The notes under the pieces are model-generated. The model was given only the letters and a program-made list of their open reading frames with translations. It made no database searches and had not been told where the DNA came from. Shown here in pieces: positions 38,441 to 53,896 of a DNA stretch of 64,000 nucleotides. Source of the DNA: Octopus sinensis (lineage: Eukaryota); contig NC_043001.1 of assembly GCF_006345805.1 (NCBI RefSeq), positions 18,228,001 to 18,292,000 of the forward strand, given 5' to 3'. How positions within the stretch are numbered: the stretch's first letter is position 1; every line of letters begins with the position of its first letter. The translations under genes were made by a program, and so were the position numbers.

Positions 38441-40318
38441 TATAAATTTTTAAATAAAATTTTATCCTTATATTAGAAGTAAATTAATTCTCATTCACTT
38501 CAGGACTGGTTAAGCACCTGCGTGCATTTACTGACCGACTACATTTGTGCCGAAGTTTGCTATGGAATTTCAATTTGGGTATATTTGGGGTACTCAAATG
38601 TATTCAAGACTTTGCATCAGCTTTTCCGGGGCATGTCCAAGTATTTCATTTATTTCTTTTTGTGTTCCTTGCTGATGAAGGAAAAATCCTTTTTGGATTA
38701 ATCCAGAAATCGGAACCGATTTGGCGATAACTATATTTTTATGAGTTTCTGTCAGCTTGCTTTCCTCATTTCGACACATTGTGTAGTAATACAAGGGAAA
38801 ATATTTTATTTGGCTAGACAATTTAGCATCTATTTTTCAGCATCTTGGCAAAGAATAATTTGTTTTCTTTGCCATTATTTATAATTATATACATACATAC
38901 ATACATACATATATATATATTTTTTTTTGTATGTGTAATATAACAATGTTAGACAAATACCATTGGTTTCATATCTTGATGGTTAGCGTGATCTAGACAT
39001 AACATGAGTTCCTCTTAGCAATAACTGTTCTCTACAAAAGTTGTTTTTAAAAACAACCATCTAGATATGAAACCAAAGGCATTTCTCTAACATTGTTACA
39101 TTACTTGTACAAAAATAGCTACTCTATAAATTATAGAATATGCTCTTTAACTGACTTATGAACTTAGAATGAAGATATATCAACATTTTTTCTCTGCCTC
39201 AAGACACATTCCTAACACGCCAGTTGAGTTCAATTCGTCTAAGTCGAAAGACGCCTGTTGTGATGTCCTGTTCTTCTTCTTATTATTATTATTGTTTTTT
39301 CGTATTATTTTTGTATTCATATTCGTGTAATATCGTCCGTTTTTCTGTCCTTGTTTCGTATACATTTGAAGCTTTTTTCCAAGGAATATAATGCGCTTAG
39401 CTTAGTTTTCCTTGGGGCTGGCTGGATTGGAGCAATCTCAAGATTAATCAGCCGAAATTGCAAGGATGATCCAGTTCTTGACTGAAGATTGAAGGCTTCG
39501 AATGACCAGTCTGTGTTTTTTGTATTGTCTTCTAAATGTTTTGCGTTCTTGTCCCAGTTTGTATTTTTATAAATATATATATATATATATATATATCTTC
39601 ATTATAAGTTCATAAGTCAGAAAAAGAGCATGCCCTATAATAAATAGAGTAGTTGCTTATTCTATATTTTTTGTATTTTTTAATATTTTTTTATATATGA
39701 TTTTTACCTGGTGTTTGTTGTTTTGACATTTGAAAGCCATGGTATCATTTATATGTCATGAAGTGTAGAAGCATGGATATATAAAGTTCGTTAACCTGAA
39801 TTCAATGTTTGTATTATTGATATGTGTCTCTGGCTCAATATCATTTGAAAAGTTCTCTCATTCACCTTTTTCAAACAAAAAAAAAAAGTAATTTATAATT
39901 TACTTCTTGTTATATATTGATATACACATATATGTGTGTGTGTGTGGGGGGGTAAATAAAATGAGACAACAAAGCCAAGGGTGTGTGGAATTTTCAGGAC
40001 ATGTAAAATGCAAACCAAAGCACAAACACAAACACTACCAGATACTCACCCAAAATGAATTGTAACAGTTCTCACCTGGAGATTGTAGTGGCTTGAAACT
40101 TGTAACGTAAGATAACAATTCAGTTTTAATAGACTATATACACATGTGTTGATCAAAGCCTTGGTAATAGGCATGAGCATGGCAGTGTAGTAAGAAGCTT
40201 GCTTCCTAGTTCTATGGTCTTGTGTTCAGTCTCATAGTATGGCACCATGAGTAAATGTCTTCTATAGCCCAAGGCCTTGTGAGTGCATTTCTAACACTTC
40301 AGCTTTAATAGACTATAT

Positions 40319-40503
40319 CAGTGGTTTTCAACCAGGGTTCCGCCAGTACAGTCTAGGGGTTCTGCAAGAAGTTACAAAACTGCTAAAATTGGCAGTAATT
40401 TTTAATTCTCCTGTGCAGATATGTGTGCATAAGACTATTAAATTATTGCACAGTGGAATGTTTCCTTGGGGTTCCGCTCCAACAAAAAGTTTGAAAAGCA
40501 CTG
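40319..40503. mobile_element. hAT-like MITE (third copy)
   Basis: Same TIRs and a perfect 8-bp TSD, GACTATAT. Confidence 0.88.
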
Positions 40504-40564
40504 GACTATATACACATGTGTTGATCAAAGCTTTAGTAATGGGCACAAGCATGGCTTTGTAGTA

Positions 40565-42038
40565 AAGTTTCAGGTGTGGAAGCAAGGATTAGAATTGAAG
40601 GGCCTTAAAGTCAACCTAACTAAAACCAAAGTCCTAATAAGTAGGAAGGCAGGTAAAAAACAAATCCCTTCAGGTAGTTGGCCCTGCTCGGTCTGTAGAA
40701 AAGGCATAGGTAGAAACTCCATAAGATGTACCCAGTGTAAGCTATGGGCACATAAGAGGTGCAGCTGTATCAAAGGAAGGCTAACTGGGAAGATAGTGTT
40801 TGCATATGGCAGATGCTCAGGAGCAATAAACACTGAAAATCTGCAGAGGACAACTTCTGCCACATTCCAGGGAGAAAAACTAGAAGTAGTTGATAGCTTC
40901 TGTTACCTAGGGGACCAAGTTAGTAGCGGGAGTGGATGCTCTGAAAGTGTAGCTGCTAGAATAAGAATGACCTGGGCAAAGTTTAGAGAACTCCTACCTC
41001 TGCTGGTGACAAAGTGCCTCTTGCTCAGAGTAAAAAGTAAACTGTATGACACATGTGTACAAACAGCCATGCTACATGGCAGTGAAACAGGGGCTATGAC
41101 TGCTGAGGACATGTGTAAGCTTGCAACGAATGAAGCCAGTATGCTCCACTGGATGTGTAATGTCAGTGTGTATACATGACAGAGTGAAAGCGCCCTGAGA
41201 GAAAAGTTGGATTTAAGAAGCATCAGATGTGGTGTGCAAGAGAGACGACTGTGCTGGTATGGTCGTTTGTTGTGAATGAATGAGGACAGCTGTGTGAAAA
41301 AGTGTCACATCCTAGCAGTTGAGGGAACCCGTGGAAGAGGTAGACCCAGGAAGACCTGGGATGAGGTGGTGAAGCACGACCTTCAAACATTGAGCCTTAC
41401 CGAGGCAATGACTAGTGACCGAAACCTTTGGAGATATGCTGTGCTTGAGAAGACCCAACAAACCAAGTAAGACCATAACCTGTGGCCTATGTCTGTCGAT
41501 GTAACCAGCCCACTTATGAGTACCTCTCATTCATTGGACAATAAATTGTGCTTGTGAAGACCTGTTGAGGCAAGCGGAAAAAAAAAAATTCAAAATCAAA
41601 ATTGCTGATGTGGCTGATGATACTACTGCCTGATTGGCACTCATGCCAGTGGAACGTAAAAAGCACCATTCAAGCGTGATCATTGCCAGTGTCACCTTGC
41701 TGGCACATGTGCCGGTGGCATGTGAAAAACAACATTCGAGCGTGGTCGTTGCCAGTGCTGCTAGACTGGCTCCCATGTAATAAGCTCGTAAAAAACACCT
41801 TTTGAGCATGGTCGTTGCCAGAACCGCCTGACTGGCCCTCATGCCAGTGGCACGTAAAAAGCACCCACTACACTATCAGAGTGGTTGGCGTTAGGAAGGG
41901 CATCCAGCTGTAAAAACTTTGCCAGATTAGATTGGAGCCTGGTGCAACCTTCAGGCTCGCCAGTCCTCAGCCAAACCGTCTAACCCATGCCAGCATGGAA
42001 AGCGGACGTTAAACGACGATGACGACGATGATGATGAT
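40565..42038 (+). mobile_element. RTE-clade LINE 3' fragment (same family)
   Basis: ORF 40466-41179 and following frames are homologous to the 42682 copy. The 3'UTR has the ggaagggcatccagctg motif and a (GAY)n tail. Confidence 0.9.
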
Positions 42039-42213
42039 ATATACATTATATATATATGTTCGTGTGTATATGTCTTCATTATGTACCAGATTCTGCGAAA
42101 GCATCATTCACAACATTCCTTTTCTGAAATAGATACAACAGAATGGGAATGGCTGTCCTGGAGAGAATGGTTTCAAACATCCATCTCACTGTGCAATGCA
42201 GTTAATTTGGAAG

Positions 42214-42255
<42 letters not shown>

Positions 42256-42567
42256 AGAGAGTGAGTGAGAGGGGAGATTGACACAGACAGACAGAAGACA
42301 GATAGACGACAGACACAGAGAGAAAGAGAGAGAGAGAGAAAGAGACAGAGTGACAGAGTGTGGGAGAGACAGGGAGAAACACAGACAGACAGACACAGAG
42401 AGAAAGAGAGAGAGAGAGAAAAAGACAGACAGACAAAGAGAGAAGAGAGAGAGAATGAGTAGCGGACATACACACACATATGTAGTCACTCACACATACA
42501 CACATGTATGCATAAATGTAACGTATGTACATTTCTATTTCTCTCTCTCCCTCTCATTATCTGTCTG

Positions 42568-42622
<55 letters not shown>

Positions 42623-42647
42623 GTCTATCTATCTATATATCTATATC

Positions 42648-42679
<32 letters not shown>

Positions 42680-42681
42680 AT

Positions 42682-45600
42682 ATGGAGAAGAAGGGTCTGG
42701 AAGCTTAAAGCCCCTGCGAATGGACAGAGATTTAGAGATATGTTACTTGAAGCCTTTGACGAAGTGGAAGGGGGTATAGCTACACATGGGGTAGAAGACA
42801 ACTGGACGTTTCTGAGGGACAACCTGCTGAAAGCCGCTGACCAGATCTGTGGCTGGTGCAAAGTCCCCTTAAGACCCAAAATAACGTGGTGGTGGAACAA
42901 TATTGTTGACAGGGCTATTAGACAAAAGAAACAGGCTTGGAAGGCTGGAAGAACGGTGGTGTGGCAGGGAAGGGTATCACTGCCAGAAGGGAAGCTAGGA
43001 GACAGGTCTATCTAGCCAGAGGGGAAGCAGATAGAGAAAATTTGCCAATGTCCTGCCCGTGAGGTATTTCGTGTTGCAAGACAGTGTGTGAGAGAGAATC
43101 GTGATGTGGTAGGAGAGAAATGTGTCGCATGGAGGATGGTTCACTTGCGCTAAATGAGGATGCAAAGAGAGAAGCTTGGAGACGCCACTATGAAAGGTTA
43201 CTGAATGAGGAAAATGAATGGGATAAAGAGAGTCTGCCGAATGTTGACCCTACAGAGGGACCAGCTATCCGAGTTGATAGTTCCGTGGTAGCTAAGGCAA
43301 TTAGAAGCATGAAGACAGGGAAAGCCCCAGGCCCATCAGGAATACTACTGCAGAGATGCTCAAAATATCTGGCAGTGTCGGCTATAACCTAGTCACCCGT
43401 ATAGTCAACCAGGTGATACATGAAGGAGTCATACCCAATGACTGGTGCAGCAGCATACTAGTCAACTGCTACAAAGGTAAGGTGTTGCCCTAGATACAAA
43501 TAATTACAGAGGTATCAAGCTGTTGGATCAAGTAATGAAGTTACGGGGAGAGGTCATAGCCCAACTAATTAGAGAGAGAGTTAGTTTAGATGAGATGCAG
43601 TTTGGGTTCGTGCCAGGAAAAAGTACCACTGATGCTATATTCCTGGTAAGGCAGCTGCAGGAGAAATACCTAGCCAAAGATAACCCCTGTACCTGGCTTT
43701 CGTTGACATGGAGAAAGCTTTTGATAGGGTCCCCCGATCCCTTATCTGGTGGTCAATGAGGAAACTAGGGATAGATGAATGGCTGGTGAGGACTGTGCAA
43801 GCCATGTACAGAGATGCCGTAAGTAAGGTTAGGGTTGGCAACATGTACACAGAAGAATTCAAAGTAGAGTTGGGGTCCACCAGGGTTCAGTACTCAGCCC
43901 CCTCCTATTTATCATAGTACTCCAGGCAATTACGGAGGAATTCAAGACAGGCTGTCCCTGGGAGCTCCTCTACGCTGACGACCTTGCTCTTATTGCTGAG
44001 TCACTATCAGAACTGGAGGAAGTTCCAGGTGTGGAAGGAGGGTTTAGAATCAAGGGGCCTTAGAGTCAACCTAGCTAAAACCAAAGTACTAATAAGTAGA
44101 AAGGTAGACAATCCACAAATATCTTCAGGAAGATGGCCCTGCTCGATCTGTAGAAAAGGTGTAGGTAGAAACTCTATAAGATGTACCCAGTGTAAGCTAT
44201 GGACACATAAGAGGTGCAGCAATGTCAAGGTAGGCTAACTGGGAAGATAGTTTTTGTATGTGGCAGATGCTCGGGAGCATTAACCTCCGAAAATCTGCAG
44301 AAAACAACTTCCGTCACTTTCCAGGGGAAAAACTAGAAGTAGTTGATAGCTTCCGTTATCTAGGTGACCAAGTCAGTAGTGGGGGTGGGTGCGCTGAAAG
44401 TGTAACTGCTAGAATAAGAATAGCCTGGGCAAAGTTAGGGAGCTCTTACCTCTGCTGGTGACTAAGGCCTCTCGCGCTCAGAGTAAAAGGCAGACTGTAT
44501 GATGCGTGTGTACGAACAGCCATGCTACATGGCAGCGAAACATGGGCTGTGACTGCTGAGGACATGCGTAAGCTCGTGAGGAATGAAGCCAGTATGCTCC
44601 GATGGATGTGTAATGTCAGTGTACATACTCGACAGAGCGTTAGCACCTTGAGAGAAATGTTGTACCTAAGAAGCATCAGTTGTGGTGTGCAAGAGAGACG
44701 ATTGCGCTGGTATGGTCATGTGGCGAGAATGGATGAAGATAGGTGTGTGAGAAAGTGCCAATCCCTAGCAGTTGAGGGAACCCGTGGAAGAGGTAGACCC
44801 AGGAAAACCTGGGAGGTGAAGCACGACCTTCGAACTTTAGGCCTCACTGAGGAAATGACCAGAGACCGAGACCTTTGGAAATATTCTGTACGTGAGAAGA
44901 CCAGGCAGACAAGTGAGCCCAGCCCACTTATGAATGCCTTTCCTCCCTTGGACACAAAGACCGGTTGAGGCAAGCGAAGTCGATATAGACCTCATCCGAC
45001 GACAGACACCCATCCCAACCCCCCATGCTTGCGAAGACATGTTGGGGCAAGCGAAATCGAAATCGAAATCGAAACCGAATTGAACCAGCCAGGATCCCTG
45101 GCCTGGTGGTACGTAAAAAGCACTATCCGACTCGGGGCCGTGGCACGTAAAATACTCCAATGCGACCGTACGACAGGCACCCATGCAACCCCCTTTGCTT
45201 GTGAAGACATGTTGGGGCAAGCGAAATCGAAATCGAATTGAACCAGCCAGGATCCCTGGTCTGGTGGTACGTAAAAAGCACTATCCGACTCGTGGCCGTG
45301 GCACGTAAAATACTCCAATGCGACCGTACGACAGGCACCCTTGCCAACCCCCTTTGCTTGTGAAGACATGTTGGGGCAAGCGAAATCGAAATCGAATTGA
45401 CCAGCCAGGATCCCTGGTCTGGTGGTACGTAAAAAGCACTATCCGACTCGTGCCGATGCCAGCACCACCTCGACTGGCTTCCGTGCCGGTGGCACATAAA
45501 ATACACCAATCTGACCGTGGCCGTTGCCAGCCCCGCCTGGCACCTGTGCAGGTGGCACGTAAAAAGCACCCACTACACTCACGGAGTGGTTGCGTTAGGA

Positions 45601-45732
45601 AGGGCATCCAGCTGTAGAAACATTGCCAAATTAGACTGGAGCCTGGTGCAGCCTTCTGGCTTCCCAGAACCCCGGTCGAACCGTCCAACCCATGCTAGCA
45701 TGGAGAACGGACGTTACGACGATGATGATGAT
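42682..45732 (+). mobile_element. RTE-clade LINE, 5'-truncated and frameshifted (RT domain, Cys/His finger, 3'UTR, (GAT)n tail)
   Basis: Peptides QFGFVPGKSTTDAIFLVRQLQEKY, MEKAFDRVPR, YADDL (nucleotides tacgctgacgacctt) and MLHGSETW...RLRWYGHV...GRGRPRKTW. The 3' end is ggacgttacgacgatgatgat. Confidence 0.92.
45020..45460 (+). repeat. Three tandem ~160-170-bp units inside the RTE 3'UTR
   Basis: gaagacatgttggggcaagcgaaatc recurs at 45033, 45203 and 45362. Confidence 0.9.
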
Positions 45733-46656
45733 ATATACACACATACATATATATACACACATACATATATATACACACTCATACATATATATACACACAC
45801 ATACATATATATTGAAAGAGGAAGTTGAAAATATTTTTTCAGTATTATTTATTCACCATTACACATGTTTCATTTGCTTCCTGTTTCAATATATAATTAT
45901 CCTGCAAATAATATTCCCAGAATTTTCAGCTCTGATATATACCTCATATAATTATTATAACAATGACATATTGAATTGTAATACTGGAATAAGCAGATGA
46001 GCTTCAAGCGGTCACAGCTTAGATTTTAAACCTACCTACATGATATATATATATGATTGATTGATTGATTCTAGTTTCAGCTCATGAGCTGTGGCCATGT
46101 AATAATAAAATATTAGGGAATAAATCCAAACTTACAGGGAAAAATCAGATTTAGGATTAAATCCAATTTTATAGTATAAATATATTATATTATATTATAT
46201 TAAATTAGAGATAAAACCACTATTAGGCAAATCAAACAATGAAAAACATAAGCCAATACATAAAATTAATTAATTTATATTATTTTAAATATATATATCA
46301 AAAGTATTAAAAGTTTAATAAAAGATAATATATATATATAATAACAAATTAATAAATAAAACATATGCATATAAACATACATATATGTACGTACCTACAT
46401 CTACATGTATATATACATGCATATATGGGTACAGGACACCAAAAAAAACGTCGAACACAATGAGAAACGAAAACATAAACACAAAACCAAGGAAATGGAC
46501 ATTTTTCTTAAACAAGAGAGAGAGAGAGAGAGGTAGAGATACACACATATATGTGCACACATGCATACATATAAATATATAGGCATGTGTGTGTGTGTAT
46601 GAGTGGGTATTTATGAATAATTATGCATATATGAGCATACAAACATACATGTATCT

Positions 46657-46687
<31 letters not shown>

Positions 46688-46779
46688 TATACATGATCAG
46701 ACTGGAGCCTGGTGCAGCCTCCTGGCTTCCCAGACACTGGTCGAACCGTCCAACCCATGCTAGCATGGAAAACGGACGT

Positions 46780-48709
<1,930 letters not shown>

Positions 48710-50361
48710 AGACCTGCATATCACAACAGAATTGAGATCTTAAAGTCAAGGTGTTTCATAAAAACACATATTGCCTGCAGCAGACCCAAAAGTGCCACCC
48801 AGGGCAAACCACCTGGGGTGGACCACCCAGAGCAGACCTCTTCAGACTACTGCTTATGATGTGGGGGGTAACTCCACAAAATCTGCTCCAAACACACACA
48901 CACACACACATGGAAGGGCATCCAGCAGTAGAAACTATACCAAAGCAGACACTGGAGCATAATGCAGTTCTCGACTCACTGGACCCTTGTCAAACATTGC
49001 CAGCATGGAAGAAGGACATTAAATGATAACATTAAATGATGACAATGTTGATGACAATGACGATGACAAAGGTGGTGGTGATGATACTTAATAACCTCCT
49101 ATAAGTTTCCATTTGCCAAATCCAATCACATGGTTTTAATTGGCTTGGGGGCTATAGTAGAAAACACTTTCCCAAAGTGCCATCAAATGGGACAGAACCT
49201 GAAACCATGCATTTGTGAAATGAATTTCTTAAGTACATCGCCACCCCTGTGTGTAGAACCACATTATCTAAAATGTTCTTTTATCTTATTTAAAAGAAGA
49301 AAATATGATTTCAGGAAGATTTAGCTACTATTTCTAATGGACCAAGCAGAGGCTTCTTTACTGGTTGTATGAGGTATAGTGTGTGAGATTAGGAGAGAAT
49401 ACCTGCTACCAGTGGAGCCAACTGCATTATCAGCAATAAGCCTTCACACTGAAGTATGGTGAATAAAGCTATTGAGAAGATGAGAGCAAAAGTGGTTAGT
49501 GAGTTGCTTAGAGTATTAGGTTATACAGGAACTATACTAGTTATTAATTTAATTAATTATTTATGTCAGTATTATCATAAACTGCTTCAACTCCAAAGGG
49601 GTTGCACTGGAAAGAGAATTTTTTTTTTAAAGGCTTCAAACTGATGGAACTAGGTTGCAAAAGCTGTTGAGAGAATTTTAAAATATGTGCAAGCGAATAA
49701 ACAGTTTGGATTTGTGCCAGCATGCATCTACAGAGATGCCAAGTTTCTAGTAATTCCACTACAAGCAAAGTTATCTGCTAAGAAAAAAAAATTATTTTAT
49801 TTCTCTACCATTGATACCGAGAACGTAGCCTGGTGGCTGATGAGAAGATCAAGAGAGGATTAATGGCTTGTTAGTGATTTAGTAAAGAAACTTAGCACAT
49901 AAAAAGGTGCTCGTTAAACTTTTGTTTCTTATTCTGTTATATTTATTATAATTCTTTTAACCCTTTAACATTGGTCCAAATGTTCTGCCTAATTTATTTT
50001 CAATTCTGCCATATCTGGCCTATCACACTAACCCTGCAATATCATTCTTGAAGCTACAACATAATGCATGATTAAATTAAATCTTGAAGCTACAACATAA
50101 TGCATGATTAAATTAAAGCAATGTGAATAAAAAAGCATTACATTTGACAGAAGAACCTGAATGCTTGGTTTTTTTATATCATTACGGGAAAACATTTTTT
50201 TATACACACGCTGATATAAGTTGAACCCCTTATTCACATAATCACCAAATCTGGAACTTACCTATGGTCTATCCATAGCACTTATTCAGCATTACCTGAC
50301 ACCTTTGGGTCTCACTGACACCATTACCTCTCATAACCTCCCCCTCTCTCTCTCTCTCTCT

Positions 50362-50463
<102 letters not shown>

Positions 50464-51685
50464 GAGCGTGGCCGTCTGCCAGCCTCGTCTGGCACCTGTG
50501 TCGGTGGCACATAAAATCACCCACTACACTCTCGGAGTGGTTGGCGTTAGGAAGGGCATCCAGCTGTAGAAACACTGCCACATCTGACTGGCCTGGTGCA
50601 GCCTTCGGGCTTCCCAGACCCCAGTTGAACCGTTCAACCCATGCTAGCATGGAAAGCGGACGTTAAACGATGATGATGATGATGATGATGATGGAATAAA
50701 AAGTTTTGACTGGTACAACAATGTACTATAATACAAACAATAGGCTGTATACCTGTTGTAATTTAGACATCCATAGTTATAAGGTGGCGAGCTGGCAGAA
50801 TTGTCAGCACACCGGGCGAAATGCATAGCGGTATTTCGTCTGCCACTACATTCTGAGTTCAAATTCCACCAAGGTCGACTTTTCCTTTCATCCTTTCAGG
50901 GTCGATTAAATAAGTACCAGTTATGCACTGGGGTTGATATAATTGACTTAATCCGTTTGTCCGTCCTTGTTTTTCCTCTCTGTGTTTAGCCCCTTGTGGG
51001 TAGTAAAGAAATAGGTATTTCGACTGCTGCTACATTCTGAGTTCAAATTCCACCGAGGTCGACTTTTCCTTTCATCCTTTCAGGGTCGATTAAATAAGTA
51101 CCAGTTATGCACTGGGGTCGATGTAATCGACTTAATCCGTTTGTCCCCTCTGTGTGTAGTCCCTTGTGGGCAGTAAAGAAATAAGAAATAAGAAGAATCT
51201 GAATGCTAAAGGGTTAAAGGTGATGAACTAGCAGAATCATTAGGGTATGGGACAAAATCCCTTGGGTAGTTGTTCCAGCCCTTAACATTCCAACTTCGAA
51301 TCCTGTCGCGGTCAACTTTGCCTCTTATCCTACTAATTAATTGATGGGGTTTTCCAGCTCATTCTGAACCGAGCTTGAAAGATGATGTCCTTCAAATTGC
51401 CTGAAATTTTCATAAGTAAAGTAATCCTTATACCCATTCAATCCTGAATATTTCAGCCCCTAACTTATGTGTATGGTTCTGATTTTATGGATTTATGAAT
51501 CCTGACATTTATTTCAGTTGAAAACCTGAGAATCAGTCTATAAGTAGATGCAATTTATGATAATTTATGATAATGGTATGTGAAGATATTTCAGCCAAAA
51601 ATCAAGATGTTTCAGTGAAGTTGATGCATAAAGCTACAGTGTACTTAGTTTTTCAGTATAATTTTACTTCAAGATCTCTAGGTCA

Positions 51686-52122
51686 TATACTGTCAACATA
51701 ACATGACAGTCCCGTAAAGGGAATTACACCACCACTATTTAGCCCTAGGAAGCATCGACACTTTCTGTCAGCCTTGACACATTTCCTGTGTCCTTATATA
51801 TTTACGAAGGGGATACAAGCACCTTCAACAGCTAGGCCTGCATTTAGAAATTTAATATTTCTAATTTTGGTGATCACTGAAAATATATATATATATATAT
51901 TTACGAAGTCTAGACAGGTATCTTCAGCTAGCAGGCATTGCTACTCCAGACTGATGACAGGCAAGACCCAGAAACATGCATGTCTCTAGATGCAGGCTTA
52001 GCTGTTGGGGGTACTTGTCTCCCTTTCGTAAATATATAAGGACACAGGAAATGTGTCAAGGCTGACAGGAAGCGTCAATGCTTCCTAGGGCTACGGGACT
52101 GTCATGTTAAGTTGACAGTATA
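51686..52122. mobile_element. Long inverted repeat (arms 51686-51848 and 51985-52122) with a hammerhead in the spacer; probable Penelope-like pLTR structure (alternatively a TA-TSD MITE)
   Basis: The arms are reverse complements over ~138 nt, apart from scattered mismatches and a ~24-nt indel. The outer ends read TATACTG...CAGTATA. Confidence 0.6.
51946..51993 (+). ncRNA. Type I minimal hammerhead-ribozyme motif (Penelope-like-element type), stem II partly decayed
   Basis: CCAGA-CTGATGA-[CAGG CAAGA CCCA]-GAAA, palindromic stem III ACATGCATGT, GTC cleavage triplet, then TCTAG pairing back to stem I. Confidence 0.6.
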
Positions 52123-52668
52123 CAACCACTCTATTGCTCCACCACCGCTCATGTCTCTCTGAGATATTTAGAAATTCAATATTTCTAATTTTTAGGTCAG
52201 TTTATTGCTTATTTTAGAAGCAAATGACTTTCAGTTAAGAGTTGAAACCATTTTTATCTGAAAATCATCCATGTTCTATTGATATTTTCAAAAAGTCCTT
52301 TTGGAAAAAAATGGCTCCACATTGGATTTCTGGGGGTCAAACATGGTAGATTTGAGCCTTGGGTCACTATTCAATGATTAATATTCCAGATCTAAATATT
52401 TTCAAAGTCTTAATTTTGGTAATATAATATACATTGATTTCTACTTTCAGACTGTAATTAGCTTAATTGCCTGGAACTATAATAATGGATGCTAAAATCT
52501 CCCAAAATCTCCTAAAATCTCCCAAAATCTCACTTTTTGAACTTTTTTCTGATTTTTAGAACTGCATTGAAAACAATTGAGATATTTATGATCTGTCATA
52601 ATAATTTATTTGTAATAATAATGTATAATAATTTGTAATAATTTATTTGTAATATATTCCTGAAGTGG

Positions 52669-52968
52669 TGGATGCACATGGGCTAGTGGTTAGAGCAGTG
52701 GATTCGCAGTTGAGGGATCGCGGGTTCAAATCTCAGACCGGGTGATGTGTGTGTTTTTGAGCGAAACACCTAAGCTCCACATGGCTCCGGCTGAAGGTAA
52801 TGGTGAACTTCTGCTGACTCTTTCATCACAACTTTCTCTCACTCATTCCCCCGGTAGCTTGCAGCTCTCCTGCGACGGACCGGCGTCCCATCCAGGTGAG
52901 GAACCTATACACCAAGGAAACCAGGAAACCGGCCCTTATGAGCCAGACATGGCTTAAGAAGGAGCAAA
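52669..52968 (+). mobile_element. tRNA-derived SINE with a V-domain-like core; related copies 35578-35878(+) and 57190-57425(-)
   Basis: tRNA-like head (agtggttagagc...gggttcaaatc) and gcgaYggacYggcRtcccRtccag motif. Confidence 0.65.
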
Positions 52969-53468
52969 CATATTCCTGAAGTAGGTTGCATGTACAAAGT
53001 TTCAAAGTTTGAAAATGTCTCAATATTGAGATATTAGAGGTTCATTATGGCTCCAAATTTAACAAAATCCTCAAACACTCTCGTAGTGGTTGGCATTAGG
53101 TAGGGCATCCAACTGTAGAAACACTGCCAGATCAAACTGGAGCCTGGTGCAGCCTCCTAGCTTCCCAGACCCCGGTTGAACTGTCCAACCCATGCTAGCA
53201 TGGAAACGGACGTTAAACGACGATGGTGATGATGATGAATTTAAAAAATATACAGTACAGTTTCTACTTTGCGGATTTTCATCTATTGCTAGGGGTTTTG
53301 GAACGTAGTACCTGTGATAGCTGAAGGATTACTGTATGTACTGCTGAAGCTACTACAAAAATATAACAGGTTGCTTTTGTAGACATTAAATGGCTATGAA
53401 GGTCCATCCAAGTATGATAGGAATCAAAGGGATGTATAGGTAAAAAAAACAAAAAAATTGTTGACAAT

Positions 53469-53634
53469 AGGCGCAGGAGTGGCTGTGTGGTAAGTAGCTT
53501 GCTTACCAACCACATAGTTCCAGGTTCATTCCCACTGCGTGGCACCTTGGGCAAGTGTCTTCTACTATAGCCTCGGGCCGACCAAAGCCTTGTGAGTGGA
53601 TTTGTTAGACGGAAACTGAAAGAAGCTCGTCGTA

Positions 53635-53679
<45 letters not shown>

Positions 53680-53896
53680 TTGTGTGTCTGTGTTTGTTCC
53701 CCTAGCATTACTTGACAACCGATACTGGTGTGTTTGCGTCCCCGTTACTTAGCAGTTCAGCAAAAGAGACCAATAGAATAAGTACTGGGCTTACAAAAAA
53801 GAATAAGTCCCGGGGTTGAGTTGCTCGATTAAAGGCGGTGCTCCAACATGGCCGCAGTCAAAATGACTGAAACAAGTAAAAGAGTAAAAGAGAGTA
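53469..53896 (+). mobile_element. Full-length tRNA-derived SINE, family A. Other copies: 1-231(+), 232-563(-), 3546-3715(+), 5520-5865(-), 7140-7465(+), 8284-8640(+), 8965-9275(-), 18345-18712(-), 34195-34607(-), 47795-48560(-, split), 55108-55490(-), 61262-61910(+, split)
   Basis: A box tggctgtgtgg, B box ggttcagtccc, central (TA)n(TG)n tract and (AAGAGTA)n tail. More than 10 copies can be aligned within the window. Confidence 0.88.

Noticed and set aside
38493-38821. Open frames encoding hydrophobic peptides
   Set aside because: No recognisable homology or consistent splice partners; T-rich composition explains the hydrophobicity.
39235-39515. Two hammerhead-like fragments (...GTCGAAAGACG and CTGAAGA...CTTCGAATGACCAGTC)
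   Set aside because: The cores are incomplete and the stems do not close; they are too degenerate to call.
45020-45460. Regularly spaced repeats superficially like a CRISPR array
   Set aside because: The whole units are duplicated with no unique spacers, in a eukaryotic LINE 3'UTR.
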